64,000 bases of DNA from Neoechinorhynchus agilis (GCA_051530055.1 CM121341.1:2592128-2656127); one strand, 5' to 3'; positions 9,756-22,924 are shown, numbered from the stretch's first letter. Translations and numbers: made by a program. The notes: a model not told the origin generated them from the sequence alone.

Positions 9756-12025
9756 TCCAGAAGGCATTAATGGAGCTCTTAAAGGAAGAGCTTAGATAAA
9801 TAGTTGCAATTTCAATGAGTGAATGGGAGTTGGTAAGGTGAAGATTGTTGCCAAAAAATGTGAACAAAGATCTGCTGCGTTGCTTTTAAAGTCAAAGCTT
9901 TATTAGTGTAGTTTTCAGTAAGTGGCATGACCTTTGACGTTACTTAAATGTACAAGCGAAAACACTGACTACTCTCCCTTCCATCGGGCTTCAATCTTTC
10001 TTATTCTCTCCTATGACATTTCCCAAATACAAATTTATTCGGAATTGTTGATCCCGTAAATGATTATTTATTGAAGACGCTTCGAACCTCGTCTCGTTCG
10101 TCATCAGTTTTAAAATACAAGTGGATGAGTCTTGAATTTTAGAACTGATGATGAACCCGACGAGGTTCGCAGAACTTGATCGATCCAATACTGAATTGAA
10201 CGACGTCAGCGTTGAGTCCAAATTACACAATGTTTCATTGGCGAGATTCAAGTGACAAATTTGATCAGATAGTTGTTTTTCGACCAGAGATTCGTCCGTT
10301 GAGAGTAGATCGCAACTTGTGTGACAGGTATGCCCGGTGGAGGAGGTAAAAATAATAAGGCATTCAAACCAGGAAGATTGGACAATTGAGCATCCGTGTC
10401 ATCAGGGCCTTTTCTAGTTGGAAGAGATGCTCAACGATCACGAAGTAGGTCTAAATGAATGCTGTCGGTTTGAGCTAAATAACCAAGAGACTTATTCCGA
10501 ATGACCGGTGTACCGATAGCTCCGAATTTCGAGCCCATGGTTTCATCACAAATACTTTCACGTAGCGATCGGTACCCAGACTCAGGGGACACATTTCCAA
10601 AGCAGTTGGTCTTAGGACCCTGGAATGTGTCCTGGTTGTCCAGTTTTGAGCCATCTTCTACTGATTTCACTAAACAAGAATTGAATATTGCGGCCGCGTC
10701 CACGGGAAAATAATTATTTGTGCCGGGGATATATGTACTTAGGTCCTTGTTGTTCATATTTATCTAAAACCGACTAATGAATCGATCCTCGATAACAGCG
10801 CAAGTAATCAAAAAAAATCAATACTAAAAGTGTCACCGTTTTTGTGTGTAAATAACAAAAATCGATATTAAAATATTTGATGGATAGCGGTGAGCCGTCA
10901 CAACGGCGACAAACATAAACACACGTTCGGTGAATCGAACGGCCCAAAGTGAAGCGTCCACACGGATACATGCGCGGGTCGTCTATGTGGAGCGAATTGC
11001 GTGATCACGGTACGTGACATTCGCGCACTTATCAATTCACGGAACACGGAACCCCAGAATGGTTCCATTGAATGTAGTCGTCAGGGTCAGATAGGAAATC
11101 AGGAATGAACTAATTCATTGTTTTCTAGTGCGTAGAAAAACTGATTCCATTTTTTGGCATAATATTGGACCGAAATTAATCGAACTTTAAAATCTTATTT
11201 TTTCGACGTGCCACTAAACAACGAACTTTTTGAACTGTTCATAAAGATAACTTTCAAACAACCTCTATAAACGCGTACAGGATTTTCCCTCAAAAATATC
11301 GAATTTTAAAATAAAATCTAATTTTTCTACTTGCCAAAAAACAACGAACTTTATGAACTGTTCAATCCTTTCAAACATTGAACTCATTATTTGAAGAAAT
11401 TGAACTGTTCATAAAGATAACTTTCAAACAACCTTTTTACAATGACTAGGATTCAATTGGTCGAAATATATTCGTCTTTAACGATCTCCCTTGGGTGTCG
11501 ACAAGCGACCAAAACAATAACGTATGAAGATTGAATTGTTCATGACCTTTTTATATGGCGGAAAATTAAAAGACTTTAATGATTCCGATTGTCTCAGGAG
11601 CCACACTCACGTGTCATTTTAATAAACGCCTACAAGATTTTGCTGAAATATCGGAATCAATAAATTCTTTTAATTTTTACGCTGCAACTCACTAATTTCA
11701 TTCGTCAATTAAGCACACCCTAAAGTGCATCTCTTGTTTATTTGTCCAGTAAATAAAACGGGTTAAGTTTATTCGACCAACCCTAAAATAAGCCCAAATC
11801 TTTACTTGAAAAGCTTTTAGATTTCGTTGCGCAAAGTGGCAATCGGGCGAACAAAATAAAAAGTTTTTCTCTACATACGGCGAGTTTTTGTTCCTCCTCG
11901 AGATTTACATACAAATTTTCGAGGCCTCAACCTCCTTATCAAGCATCTAAAATCATATGTTGTAGGGGAGCTCATTTGATCCCTGGACGCGGGACCATCA
12001 ATTTCCGAGGTGACTCTTCACCTTA

Positions 12026-13184
12026 TGCGCTACTGCTCCGCGGAGGTTATTTGTCGGAAGGAAAAGAGAGCAACGCGCAGTATCAAACCCTAACGCGCCC
12101 AATCCTCCAGCACAATGTTCTGTGGAATTGCCTGTACATTCCGGAAATGCTCTACAATTTGCGATCGGCCCCATATTTTGAGCATTCCACTAAGTTGCTT
12201 CAGTTCGACTCAATGTTTAGGACGCAACTGCAGAGAATAATTAATACACAATTTTCCGACGAGACATGGTAGCAAGCAACACTTCCAGTAGAGTATGGAG
12301 GATTGGGCCTACGAAGTGTAACAGAACTCGCTCTCCCGGCTTTCCTCGCGTCGGTACACAGTACTAAAAAAATGGTCAATGCCATACTACGCCAGACGAA
12401 TATGGATAACGGCGACACCGAATTCGGCGCTTTTTCGTGCTGGCTCAACAAGACAGGTTTCGAAAAAGCTCCAGAGAATAGCCATAAGCAGTCGGTTTGG
12501 GACAAGACCCTCGTCGAGAACACACTAAAAGGGAAACTCGACGTGGCTTCTCAAGCACGACTATGTGGTGCCGAGGTCGATGAGTCAGGACGACATGGTC
12601 TCCACTGCAAAATATCCAGCGGACGAATCGCGAGACACACGGAGATAAATAATTTTATCAGCGTAGCCATCTACTCACTGAATGCACCGAACGTATTGGA
12701 ACCAAACCACCTATGCCGCTCCGACGGAAAGCGTTCCGATGGTATGACTATATTTCCATGGAAGGAAAATGTCTCATCTGGGACGCGGCATGTGTCGATT
12801 CACTGCCGCCTTCCAACCAAAGTGATGCTTCGTCCATAACGGGAGGGGCAGTGGCCGAAAGGAGGAAGATGACAAAATATCTGGAGTTGAGCAAGTCTCA
12901 CATCTTCCTTCCTTTCGGGGTCAGCTCTCGAATTCTGCGCCGAGCTGGGGAAACTCATGATTAAGGCCACAGGTGATCGCAATCAAAGGTCATACCTAAT
13001 TCAAAAAATAAGCATGGGCAAAATTAACAACTAACGGTTCTTGCCACTTTATGAAAATACATTTTTATTAATTAATGTGTTTAAAGTTTTTTCATCGGTA
13101 TTTTATAATGTATACTTTAAGTTGAGCGCATTCGTTTTATTGTTTCGTATTAGAATTCTGATATTGATTTTTCGGTTGTTTCAC
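12026..13184 (+). mobile_element. CRE-clade non-LTR retrotransposon, degenerate 3' part
   Basis: LPVEYGGLGLRSVTELALPAFLAS, HGLHC...GRIARHTEINN, RSDGMTIFPW, LIWDAACVD, RRKMTKY; followed by an AT-rich tail region. Confidence 0.85.
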
Positions 13185-13929
13185 TTAATTCATTCTTTTA
13201 GCCGTAACGTTCGTGAACTGCAATCGTTTCTGCGAAGTGTTCAGAAAGTTTTCTTAATTTTCTTTGCCGCTTGCTTGGACCCATTGAAGTGAATGTGACG
13301 AGTTGTAGGCGATTGAGTTTTATTAGAGTTGCAAGCGGTGAACAAAGAAAAAATTTGGTTTAAATTTTATTTAAAAGTTGCATTGGAGAAATTCCTATCA
13401 GCGGACAGTTACCAAATTCCGTGTTTGAACATCATATCTAGGACTTTTGGATCTCTTGGACGCGTTTCTACAATCGAAGGTGAACCAAGAAACAAGGAAC
13501 TTACTGTCAATCGCAATGCTCCGGGGGTATATACAAGACTTCATTTCGGGCATGGTTTTCATTATCCGTTTAGCATGCTGCCGGGCACGAGAGATCGCCC
13601 ATTCGATCGCGAAAAATATCCAAAGTTGTCTGAATTGATGGTTCTGCTGGCCAAACATCCAGGAAATTGATCGTATAAATGAACTTTCGCCATCCGCGAC
13701 GAACGTATACGAGACAACAATGCTGTGGCCCTGCCCCTTGCGGCGGACGACCTTACGATTGCTCAACTGGAAGCCGTAATGCGGGGTTATACCATGCTGC
13801 GACTTCTATTATACCATAATAGCGACCACACAGCTCTTATCATCAGTTGGACCCTATGTCGGATATGAGATGGTTGCTGCAATCTCAATCTACATTATTT
13901 CCACCTCCGATTTACCGAAATCCAAAATT

Positions 13930-14075
13930 CCCTTCCCCGCAGTAATCTATTCTAACACTCGAAGCATCCTCCTTAAACTAGATGAAATATCACATGAAAT
14001 ATCACTCATTTCATCTACTTCAAAGGCCGACGTAATCATCTTAACAGAAACGTGGCTTACCCCCGTCAACAGCAA
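13930..14075 (+). mobile_element. APE endonuclease N-terminus of a CR1/L2/Jockey-type LINE
   Basis: YSNTRSILLKLDEI...ADVIILTETWL matches the N.RS...K...EL...DII.LTETWL motif. Confidence 0.75.
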
Positions 14076-14161
14076 TTCAGCTAACCCTACCCTGGCACTC
14101 CTCCTTCCATAGGTGCCGCGATGGCCGTCTAAGAGGGGGCATGTCAATTTCCTACTCAAGT

Positions 14162-14242
14162 TTAATTAAATTAAATATTTCGATCCTCTATCTCGGATCT
14201 TCTTCAGTATTGCTAGAGGATCGAAATATTTAATTTAATTAA
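14162..14242. repeat. Perfect 29-bp inverted repeat with a 23-nt spacer
   Basis: ttaattaaattaaatatttcgatcctcta (14162-14190) and its exact reverse complement (14214-14242). Confidence 0.92.
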
Positions 14243-14870
14243 CCTTAATTACTTTCTCCACTCGAACAAAACAATGATGAATTATCTTTTCAATAATTTC
14301 CTACTCTTCATCTCTCATAGGCTATCTGCCAAACCCAGATCTAGAATTCACCGCAGTCCACTTCCCAACTCCTCTACGAAATGGTTTTAAAGAATTCACA
14401 ATCGCTGGCCCTGACTGCTTTTTACGTCAACTGGAGTCGATGATGGAGCTCATAAGTTTCTCCGAACTCCTGCCTGCGCTCTAATGTGCTCCTTGGAACT
14501 CCTGCCCTTAGAAGAACACCCTTCTCTAATCTTTAAAAAGCACTCAAAAGCGCTTTCATTATCCTCCTCCGCTCGCCCCAAAATTTTCCATCCTTCAGTT
14601 CATCACGTCAGCCGTGCAAATTTTAGATGCTATTTTATGAAACATTTCAAGGCGACGGATTTGAGATTTGGATAGGTTGCAAAATGCGGGATAACCGTAG
14701 GTGACGAGGGTAAAGTAAAGCTGAATTAAAATTTGTAGATCAGGTGAAGGGATTCCTTAATGTCGGAGGCGTTTGATTGAGTAAATTTTTAAGGCGTTGT
14801 GCTTGAGGGAGAGAAGGTGTTGTGTTTCCCATTTAAAATTTGATTGAAATTGGAGACCAATTGAAATATG

Positions 14871-16084
14871 AGACCAATTGAAATTAGAAACCATTGATAT
14901 TATCACGGGATACTTAATTGGCGAATGCAGCTGCAGGCAAATCCTCAAACGCAAACCGAGGGAATCCAACCGTAACCTCGCAGTTAAGATCTTAAAGAAC
15001 GCCACACTTAACTTCTAAATGGATGATTGCGAAGTCAAGATGTTTAAGACAATAAAAGAGACCAATTGAAATTAGAAACCATTGATATTATCACGGGATA
15101 CTTAATTGGCGAATGCAGCTGCAGGCAAATCCTCAAACGCAAACCGAGGGAATCCAACCGTAACCTCGCAGTTAAGATCTTAAAGAACGCCACTCTGAAC
15201 TTCTAAATGGATGATTGCGAAGTCAAGATGTTTAAGACAATAAAAGAGGCCGAGGTAGAACGAGCAAATATCACAGTTCCCCTGGAAATGTTTAAGCATT
15301 GTTGTCACCAGTTCATTATTCCTGAACACTACGAAATGGACCTTAATGTGCCTGTAAACACATTTGGAGCAATGCAAATCAATCGATTGTTCTACTTGAT
15401 AGGCAAAATGTTGCGAAAATTAGAGAAGTTAAAAGATCTTAATATTGTTCATGGAGATTTCAAACCAATCAGCATTATGATGGTCAGTTGTCTAAGTAAA
15501 TCTGAACAATTCAAACTCATTAATTTTGGTCATGCCGTGCAGCTACGAAACCAAGAGTCTCTTTATGGATACCTCCAAACTTCATACTATCGCGCTTCGG
15601 AATTGATAGTGGATTTACCCACCGCCAAATCAATCGACATGTGGAGCCTTGGTTGCACTATCGGGGAACTGGCGGTTAGCAGGCCAATTTTTCCAGGGAG
15701 TGATGATTATGAGACGGTCCTTGATAATGGAGTACGGACATTGCTATATTATAATGATACAATCAACGGAGATGGATGGATGTTGAAATCTCAATTGGAA
15801 AGAGGAATCTTTCCATTGAACAGCAGTGCGCTACATCCACCGAATGTTATGCCCTTAGTTTACCCGACACAACAAGATACGCAAAATCCAACAAATTTGT
15901 GGCAATTCTGGATCGTATGTTTAAACTTTCACCCGGGATCGAGTTGATCCAACTGTCGCCCTTCAAATATACTTTTCAGAGAACGCTGACACTCAATTCA
16001 GCGCTGGTGGGCCTTCATGATTATGCAATTCGATTGTTCAGAATTTCGGACATTTGTCGATGTTTTGGCACTTGCTTCAAATAA
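14871..16084 (+). pseudogene. HIPK/DYRK-like Ser/Thr kinase pseudogene, copy 1
   Basis: LAVKILKN, IVHGDFKP, KLINFG, YYRASE, IDMWSLGC..GEL...P.FPG. Carries an in-frame TAA before ATG 15207, a 188-bp internal tandem duplication (14871-15058 / 15059-15246), a deletion near HPP and a 3' frameshift. Confidence 0.85.
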
Positions 16085-17144
16085 ATACTGCTTTGATTTT
16101 TGTGAATTTAAGTAATAGACCGCTATTGAAAATTTCATGATGGGTATTAATTTAAATAAGCAATTCTCTGATATAATCAATTCCCTTTATAAAGCTAAAA
16201 CACTATTATAAGTGATTTATGCGCACGATTAAACAATTTGTACGAATTTATTGATTGTGATGAGGAAATATGAACACGGGTTTAATGCGAAAAGCATAAG
16301 TTGCTTTTGTATTCTAAAAGATCGAAGCGTATATTTGATTATTTATTTTCATCCACTTTTATCATCATATTTTTAGAAACCGAACTCTCTCAAAAGGAAC
16401 GATAAATTAAAGTTTAAGAATATTTAGAGACAAAAGGGAATTTGTGCAGCTAATAGACATTTCATTGAATGAAAAGAACCTACTTATTGAGAAATGTTGC
16501 TGTCGATATCTCAAACGCTAATCGAGATAATTCCTTATGATTTACAAATCTTAACACTTTTAGAATGTACTTTATTTTGTCATAATGTTTATCGATTCCA
16601 ATATCATATTGCCTAAAGTCACGTTACAAATTTCAATTCAAGGCATGAGCAAAATGGTATTTCGTAATCTTTTTATTGTTTCAACCGAATGAATGTGTAA
16701 ATACTAAGCGAGTTAAAACGTTAAAGTATATTCTGTGGAATCACATGTTGAATTTATTCTCATGAATTTCTCCATCAGAGCGTTCGTTTAAATCTCATAA
16801 CAAGATGGACATCATAATTAAATTAACGAAAATTTTATCTTGCTTCTAAAAACATTTTTCTAGTGAATTCTCAATATTTCGTCCGTCTCGTCGGACTTCT
16901 TCAGGTCTTCGGTCTTATGAAAATGTTTTATAATAGGAGTGTTATCTTCTCACGATCAAAAACAAATTATTGATTGGGTTTGAATAACTCAATGTTTGCA
17001 ATTTTAACTACTTTTAATCTATGTGCACTACCGAACACTGACCAAACATTTTCATCGAATTGTATTTTCGTTAAACTTAAAATATTATTGACCTTTATTC
17101 TATGTGTATAAATAGCGAATACACTCAAAGAAGAAATCGATGGC

Positions 17145-18572
17145 ACGCTCGGAGGCAATCCCTCTGTAGTCCTGCGGGATTTGGAGACACTCGTGAAGGA
17201 AACGACGAAAATTTGCATTGATCTGAATCCTTCAAAATGAGAGATTAAAGTGATGAAGATGGAAAAATACCATGAACCACTTTCAGAACCTGGCCCAGAG
17301 ATAGAATAGATTACTCTACACCGGTTGATTCTCCAAGGAAGCTGTGTTTTTTAACATGGAAACAGAGATTTAATCTTCAACCGCAACTTTACATGCTATG
17401 CAAACGAAATTATCTTTGCACGAGGCTCTGTTCCTGATCAAGAATACTCTCCTCATTTCAAAATTACTGTATAACCTGCCCGCAACACTTTTTTAGACAC
17501 AAAGATAAGATGGAACAATTAGACGAAACGGTGGCAGCCTGGCTTGAGAATATTTAAATACTCAGCTATCGGACGATACCTGGCGTCAAGCATCCTTGCA
17601 TGTGTCGTGCGGCCAAGTAGATATTTTCCTGTCAGCTTATTTGGGATCGTGTGGATCAAGCCACAAAATAGTTCAGTCGTTTCTTGGCGGGAATTACATT
17701 TTGGTCGAAGATTTCATGGAGGCTCTTAATCTTTGGTGTGAAGATTCCGGTAGCGAGGGGACTCACTCTTTATAGCGAGAATTCAGAGTTCTTTAATTTC
17801 ATATTCATGTGACCCGGCCGATTGAACTCGCTTGACGGCAGTCTTTACTAGACAAGCGAGTGCTTTGCTCGACGCTCTCCTAATCGATTCTGTGGGCACT
17901 CTCCGACGAGACGGTAAGGATTGCAGTGTCCCTAAGACTTCGAGTACCGATGTGTACTTCCAATCGCTGCCTCGGCAATCAGACGGAAGGCGCTCACGAC
18001 ACGCCGAAGTGAACGAAATTCATAGTCGTGCCCTGAATACTATGAATACTTCCAACAAACTCGAGCCGCGCAATCTTTGCCGACTCGAAATAAACGGCCA
18101 AAGCTCTATATCTCAAACCAGGTAAAGATACTTCACGTGCACATATGAACCGAATTGAGCCAATACCGGTCACGGAGCAAATAATAAAGGAGATAAAAAA
18201 GCCACCGTATTCAAAGCGATTCTGCTACTTTGTTTCTTTTAAACGAATTTAGTCAACGCAATCAACGAGAGATATATTAGGGACGGCAGTCTCGACTAGA
18301 CAATCGAGTTCTTTGCTCGACGCTCTCCTAATCGATTCTGTGGGCACTCTCCGACGAGACGGTAAGGATTGCAGTGTCCCTGAGACTTCGAGTACCGATG
18401 TGTACTTCCAATCGCTGCCTCGGCAATCAGACGGAAGGCGCTCACGACACGCGGAAGTGAACGAAATTCATAGTCGTGCCCTGAATACTATGAATACTTC
18501 CAACAAACTCGAGCCGCGCAATCTTTGCCGACTCGAAATAAACGGCCAAAGCTCTATATCTCAAATCAGGTA
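17145..18572 (+). mobile_element. Scattered CRE-clade RT/RLE fragments, including a local duplication (about 17820-18125 and 18283-18572)
   Basis: DGTLGGNPSVVLRDLETLVKET resembles the YLDDATLG...LRDLETLVRET of the 46 kb element; SDGRRSRHAEVNEI is the RH(N) region. Mirrored at 54652-55630. Confidence 0.7.
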
Positions 18573-18989
18573 GAAACAAAAGCCACCGTATTCAAAGCAA
18601 CGCAATCAACGAGAGATATATTGGGTGACTTAAAACTTTCAATGGGTTGCATAACCAAAAGCGTTACTTAAACTTTAATCAGTCCGGTACATAATGTTAA
18701 ATATCGAAGTAAGGCCATTCGTTTCAATGTTTTCGCAGCTACGTTTCGGAAAAGGGCGGCGTAAAACCTTCCATAATCCAGGCGGACCAAGGGATTCATC
18801 GTATTTGTGTGGAGGTGGTCCAGTGGATTTGTACTCCGAATCCCGGTTTCAGGGTCAAATGGTTCTAATCAACGATCGACGATGACGCACGACCAAAGGG
18901 GACGAAATACCGGCGATGGGAGGAAGCTCACTGACGAGTTTCGCCTCCTGGGGGTATCTGAATATCCGGAGAGATGTAGCGACAAGCTT

Positions 18990-20050
18990 CATTGTCTATG
19001 TCATCTGGGGGATTGGGCATTCGGGTGCAAGTTAACCTTGCATTGGCAGCCTTTCTTGGATCGTATGAGGAGAGTCAATCAATAGCGAAGAAAATTTTGA
19101 GGGAAAAGTTCTCTCTTGATTAAGACTTTGTGGTGGCAGTTGCAGAATGGTGTTAGCAGACAGGCGCTAACCATGTTCTCGTGAATGGCCTCAGACAGTC
19201 GATCTGGAACAGACCTCTCGTCGCGAGAGCTCACAGCTCTCTACTTTCAGGTTCTCGCGATGGAGTCGTCCGAGCTTGAATGTTGGCAGTTTCGACACGA
19301 GAATCGGGAGCGTGGTTGGAGGCTGTTCCTCTGGCATATTTGGGAAATCTTCTCACTGATGAGGCAATGAGGATCGCAGTGTCCTTAAGACTTAGTCTGC
19401 CGACATCGCTATCGATGTGGGTCTTTGGTTGAGCTTTCGGGCGACACGGTCTCGTTTGCCGAAAGTCAGGAGGAAGGTTCTCACGTCATTCTGAGATCAA
19501 CAGCGTAATTTCTCGGGCGTTGAGAACGGCGAACTTCCCCAACATCTTGGAAGCCTCCCATCTTTGTCGACTAGACGGTCGTCGACCTGACGGAATTTCG
19601 GTCTTTCCGCGGCGGAAGGGAAAGTGCCTTCTCTGGGATGCCACGTGTGCGGACACCCTCGCAGTAAGCAACTTTCCCTATTCTCTCGAAATCGCTGGAG
19701 GTGCCGCCAGTGCTGCGGAAGGGAGGAATTTACGAAAATATAGAGAATTAGCATTGCCCACTATTTTGTCCCCTTCTGAGTAGAGACGTATGGAGCCATT
19801 AGCAGCTCGGCACTCACTCTGCTCCAGGATCTCTCGGAGAAATTGAGAGAAACGATCGGCGAAGCACGAGCAGGTGTATTCCTGCGGCAAAATATCTCGC
19901 TCGCAGTACAACGAGGCAATGCTGCCAACGTGATGGCGACAGCCGAGGAAGGAGAGAAGCTAAGATTTTGCGGACGGTGGTGCTTGCACGTTTTGTACTT
20001 TATTGTTGTAAAACCCGAAGAGAAAAAATATATAAAAAAAATTAAAAATA
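18990..20050 (+). mobile_element. CRE-clade retrotransposon 3' half with 3' UTR and A-rich tail, degenerate
   Basis: ANFPNILEASHLCRLDGRRPDGISVFP...LWDATCADT...RNLRKY...FLRQNISLAVQRGNAA; same family as 26.5-28.2 kb; ends in an A-rich run at about 20020-20050. Confidence 0.88.
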
Positions 20051-21017
20051 AATGTGCATAATACAAAGGATGGCAACTTTGCAGGTATCCTTAAAAACCT
20101 AGCCGAAATGTGATGAAGTTGTATATGAGGTCCATTGCAAGGACTGCCCAGCCAAATATTTGAGACAGACCAAACACAAACTAAGCAAAAGAATTCCACA
20201 GCACAGATATTCGCATTTAGACGTTACGACTCTTCCTCAGCCATATCAAATATTGCGGTGAATTGTGGACATCAAATTGATTTTTATGGGCAGCCATATT
20301 TACGAAATCGGTTGATAATGGTAGCCATCGATCTAGTGGATAACTAGTCAAGCAACGTTGGTCTGATGAACAGGTTGCCCGATGAAACCAATTCGGAAGG
20401 ATAACGCTAATGTTCGTGTTTTAGATGGCAACCCTTGATCATGTCGCAATTATCCGACGAAATATCGGAAATAAATTAGTTAATTTAAATCCACCCAAAG
20501 AAAGTCTCTTTCCCCCTGTATTGATCGACCAATCAAAAATGGAGAACTTTGTTTCCAATATTTCGGCATCCTCGGTTGCTGGTAGTGAAGTGGCGGAAAC
20601 TATAAAAGGATATTTTACGTTGGCTCAATTTATAATAACTAAAACCCTGAAGGAAAGTTAAACCATGATTCGTATATCGTAAAAGTTGTCTCGGACAAAG
20701 AACTTTGTTTTAATGAAATTCTATAGACCTTTTAATCCGTATGTAGGAAGGAAAACTAAATTTTATTGGTGTCAAAACTATTCTAAATCACACCAGCAAC
20801 TGAATCTAAAATTAATGGAGCCAAGGTCTCATCATGTTAAATCCGATCCAATCTCCTTGGTGTAATATCGAATCTATATTCGACGTTATGTAATTGTGTG
20901 AATTTTTCCGGTATTGATGAGGTCGATACATTTTCCTGTAATTGTTCAGAAATCTTCCAATATTAAGAGCAGTCTTTTGTGCATTTCCATTTGTATCCGT
21001 TAATGTCTTTGCGCTGC

Positions 21018-21380
21018 CTATGAATGTTGTAGTTTCAAAAGAGTCGACTTTGGAGTTGCTGGACCGTTCGGAAACAGTGCTCGTTTTTTATCAACGATTT
21101 CGACCGTTTCTAATGCGCCAGACACAGCTTTACCAGGTTTGGGTGCTGTGGCGTTACTTTCTTTTTCAACGACATGAATATTATTCGGAAGCTCCGCTGA
21201 TTCGATTACTGTTAATTCGCTTGCAGATTCGGGCTTGATATCCTCTCTAGTGTCAACGGCAACGGCATCGTTTTCTACCTCGTTCTGAGACTCGAGTTCG
21301 GTTGGTTCGATCGCTGCCGTTTCGCTCCCAGATTCGGGCTTGACGTCCTCTTTAGTGTCCACGCCGACGGCGTTATGTTA
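21018..21380 (-). other. Acidic ORF fragment with an internal ~40-aa repeat
   Basis: VDTKEDVKPESGSE...IEPTEL / VDTREDIKPESASE...IESAEL; no clear start or splice context. Confidence 0.35.
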
Positions 21381-22609
21381 GTTCGAACTTTTCCTAGCCA
21401 TAAACCTAACAATATGAACAGTTCAATCTTCAAACACTTCTTCGTCCCTCATTCCAAAAATACCAGCTCTAATATCTCGTATTTACCCATTTGTTCAAAC
21501 TGTAGAATCGCGCATGAGACGTATAAAAGATTGTACCTGGCTACTCAGCGATATTTCCTATTTGTGTCAAGAAAATCGACACTCTCCTGGAGCTAACCTC
21601 CAATTCGTTGTAAGGCTTCCGAAATACTCTTTCGGTAGCTATTTTCTCAATGAATGTCTCTAAAACGATTTACATACCAGTAAATTGATCAAATCTGACA
21701 AATTGGGGATTACTTTTTAAAATCAAAGGATTCCCGAATTCAGACAAGTTGAATATTTTAAAAGTTTCGATTAAGTTTGGACGCTCCCTTTGCTCGATCT
21801 TGAACGAGGGTGATTTCTTCTTTTAACTCATTCCTCCTTCGGCTTACCTCATCTCTAACAGAGTTCTCCTTCTGGATTTTCGTTTAGCGAAGTTCATGGA
21901 ATCCTTAAATTATTCTAAGTGTTTTTTGGTCGAAGCAGTCATTCGGAGCTACGAACCCACCTTGCTCCCTTTTTCATAAAATCTTCAAATCTATGATCGC
22001 TGGATTGCAACCTGGTCGTCCATTACACGAACCTTCTTGCCAAAAGATGGCCTTTTATGGACATGGGAGAAGTCACGTTATATTTAATACTTTGAAACAA
22101 ATGACCCTCTCAATTAGCCCAACTTCGGATTTGACCAAGTCAATCTTCGATATCCCGGATCTTATTTTCACCAATTAATACAAGTAAATCCTGCCAATTC
22201 TCATCCGCGATGATGGAGATAAGGTATTCGAAACGTAACTATTTTATTATATTTTTTTATAACTCACGCAGATCTCCTTCTACATTGTACCTTAGTTGAT
22301 CGTTGAACATTGAAGATTATATCGTTATTGGGAGTGATTCTATTCTATACTCAAACTATCAGTGATTATTCCAACGTCGGAGGACCCCATTAACTTCTCC
22401 TTTGTCTACAAATTTTGAACCAATCATAAGTCCAAATGAGGAGTGACTATCGGAGATTTAAGTGTATCCATGCCGCTCGCATCGTCTTTGCTAAAAAACA
22501 AGGATACATCCGATAAAAGCTTCAATTTTAGGTGGTTATTCTACCCGTCGAAATCAAGACAAAATTTAAAATTGATCGCCACCATGCAAGTTATACACTT
22601 CAAATTGAT

Positions 22610-22924
22610 TTATTCTTTTTTTTGAGAAGCTATTGATGCGCTATTTTCAGCTTCAAACAATTTCTCTACTTCAGAAACTCGCTGGCGTAGCTCTGTTCGT
22701 CGCCTAATCCACTCACCATGAATTTCGGAATCTTGTTCATCTATTTGAATGGCCTTACACAATGCCTCTGACTTTGAAAGTATTTGTTCGCAAGTACTGA
22801 GCAAAGTATCCGTGTTGACGCTCGTCGCAAAATTGGAGCCGTTTATGTCTTCATTGTAGCTGTGAAGTATACGACTCAAACTGCTGTTAAATTTTAGCGA
22901 TTCGTTCAATTTATTTGATGACAT
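22610..22924 (-). other. Unknown helical/coiled-coil ORF, probably part of a degenerate multicopy gene
   Basis: 104-aa ORF mirrored by the 118-aa ORF at 61165-61521. Downstream frames contain stops. A third partial copy of the downstream DNA lies at about 34388-34670. Confidence 0.35.

Noticed and set aside
9991-10757. Minus-strand gene (108-aa and 86-aa ORFs)
   Set aside because: No recognisable motifs or convincing splice path were found; it may be a decayed gene but cannot be supported.
13329-13766. ORFs of 113 and 122 aa on opposite strands
   Set aside because: No motif, start context or duplicate support.
15204-15206. TAA reassignment or readthrough explaining the shared stop in the kinases
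   Set aside because: The AK gene terminates normally at TAA, and the kinases also carry a shared frameshift and catalytic-motif losses.
14609-18572. Helitron capture as the cause of the repeated kinase module
   Set aside because: I could not identify a 5'-TC / hairpin-CTRR-3' pair or Rep/helicase remnants, so this remains unsupported.
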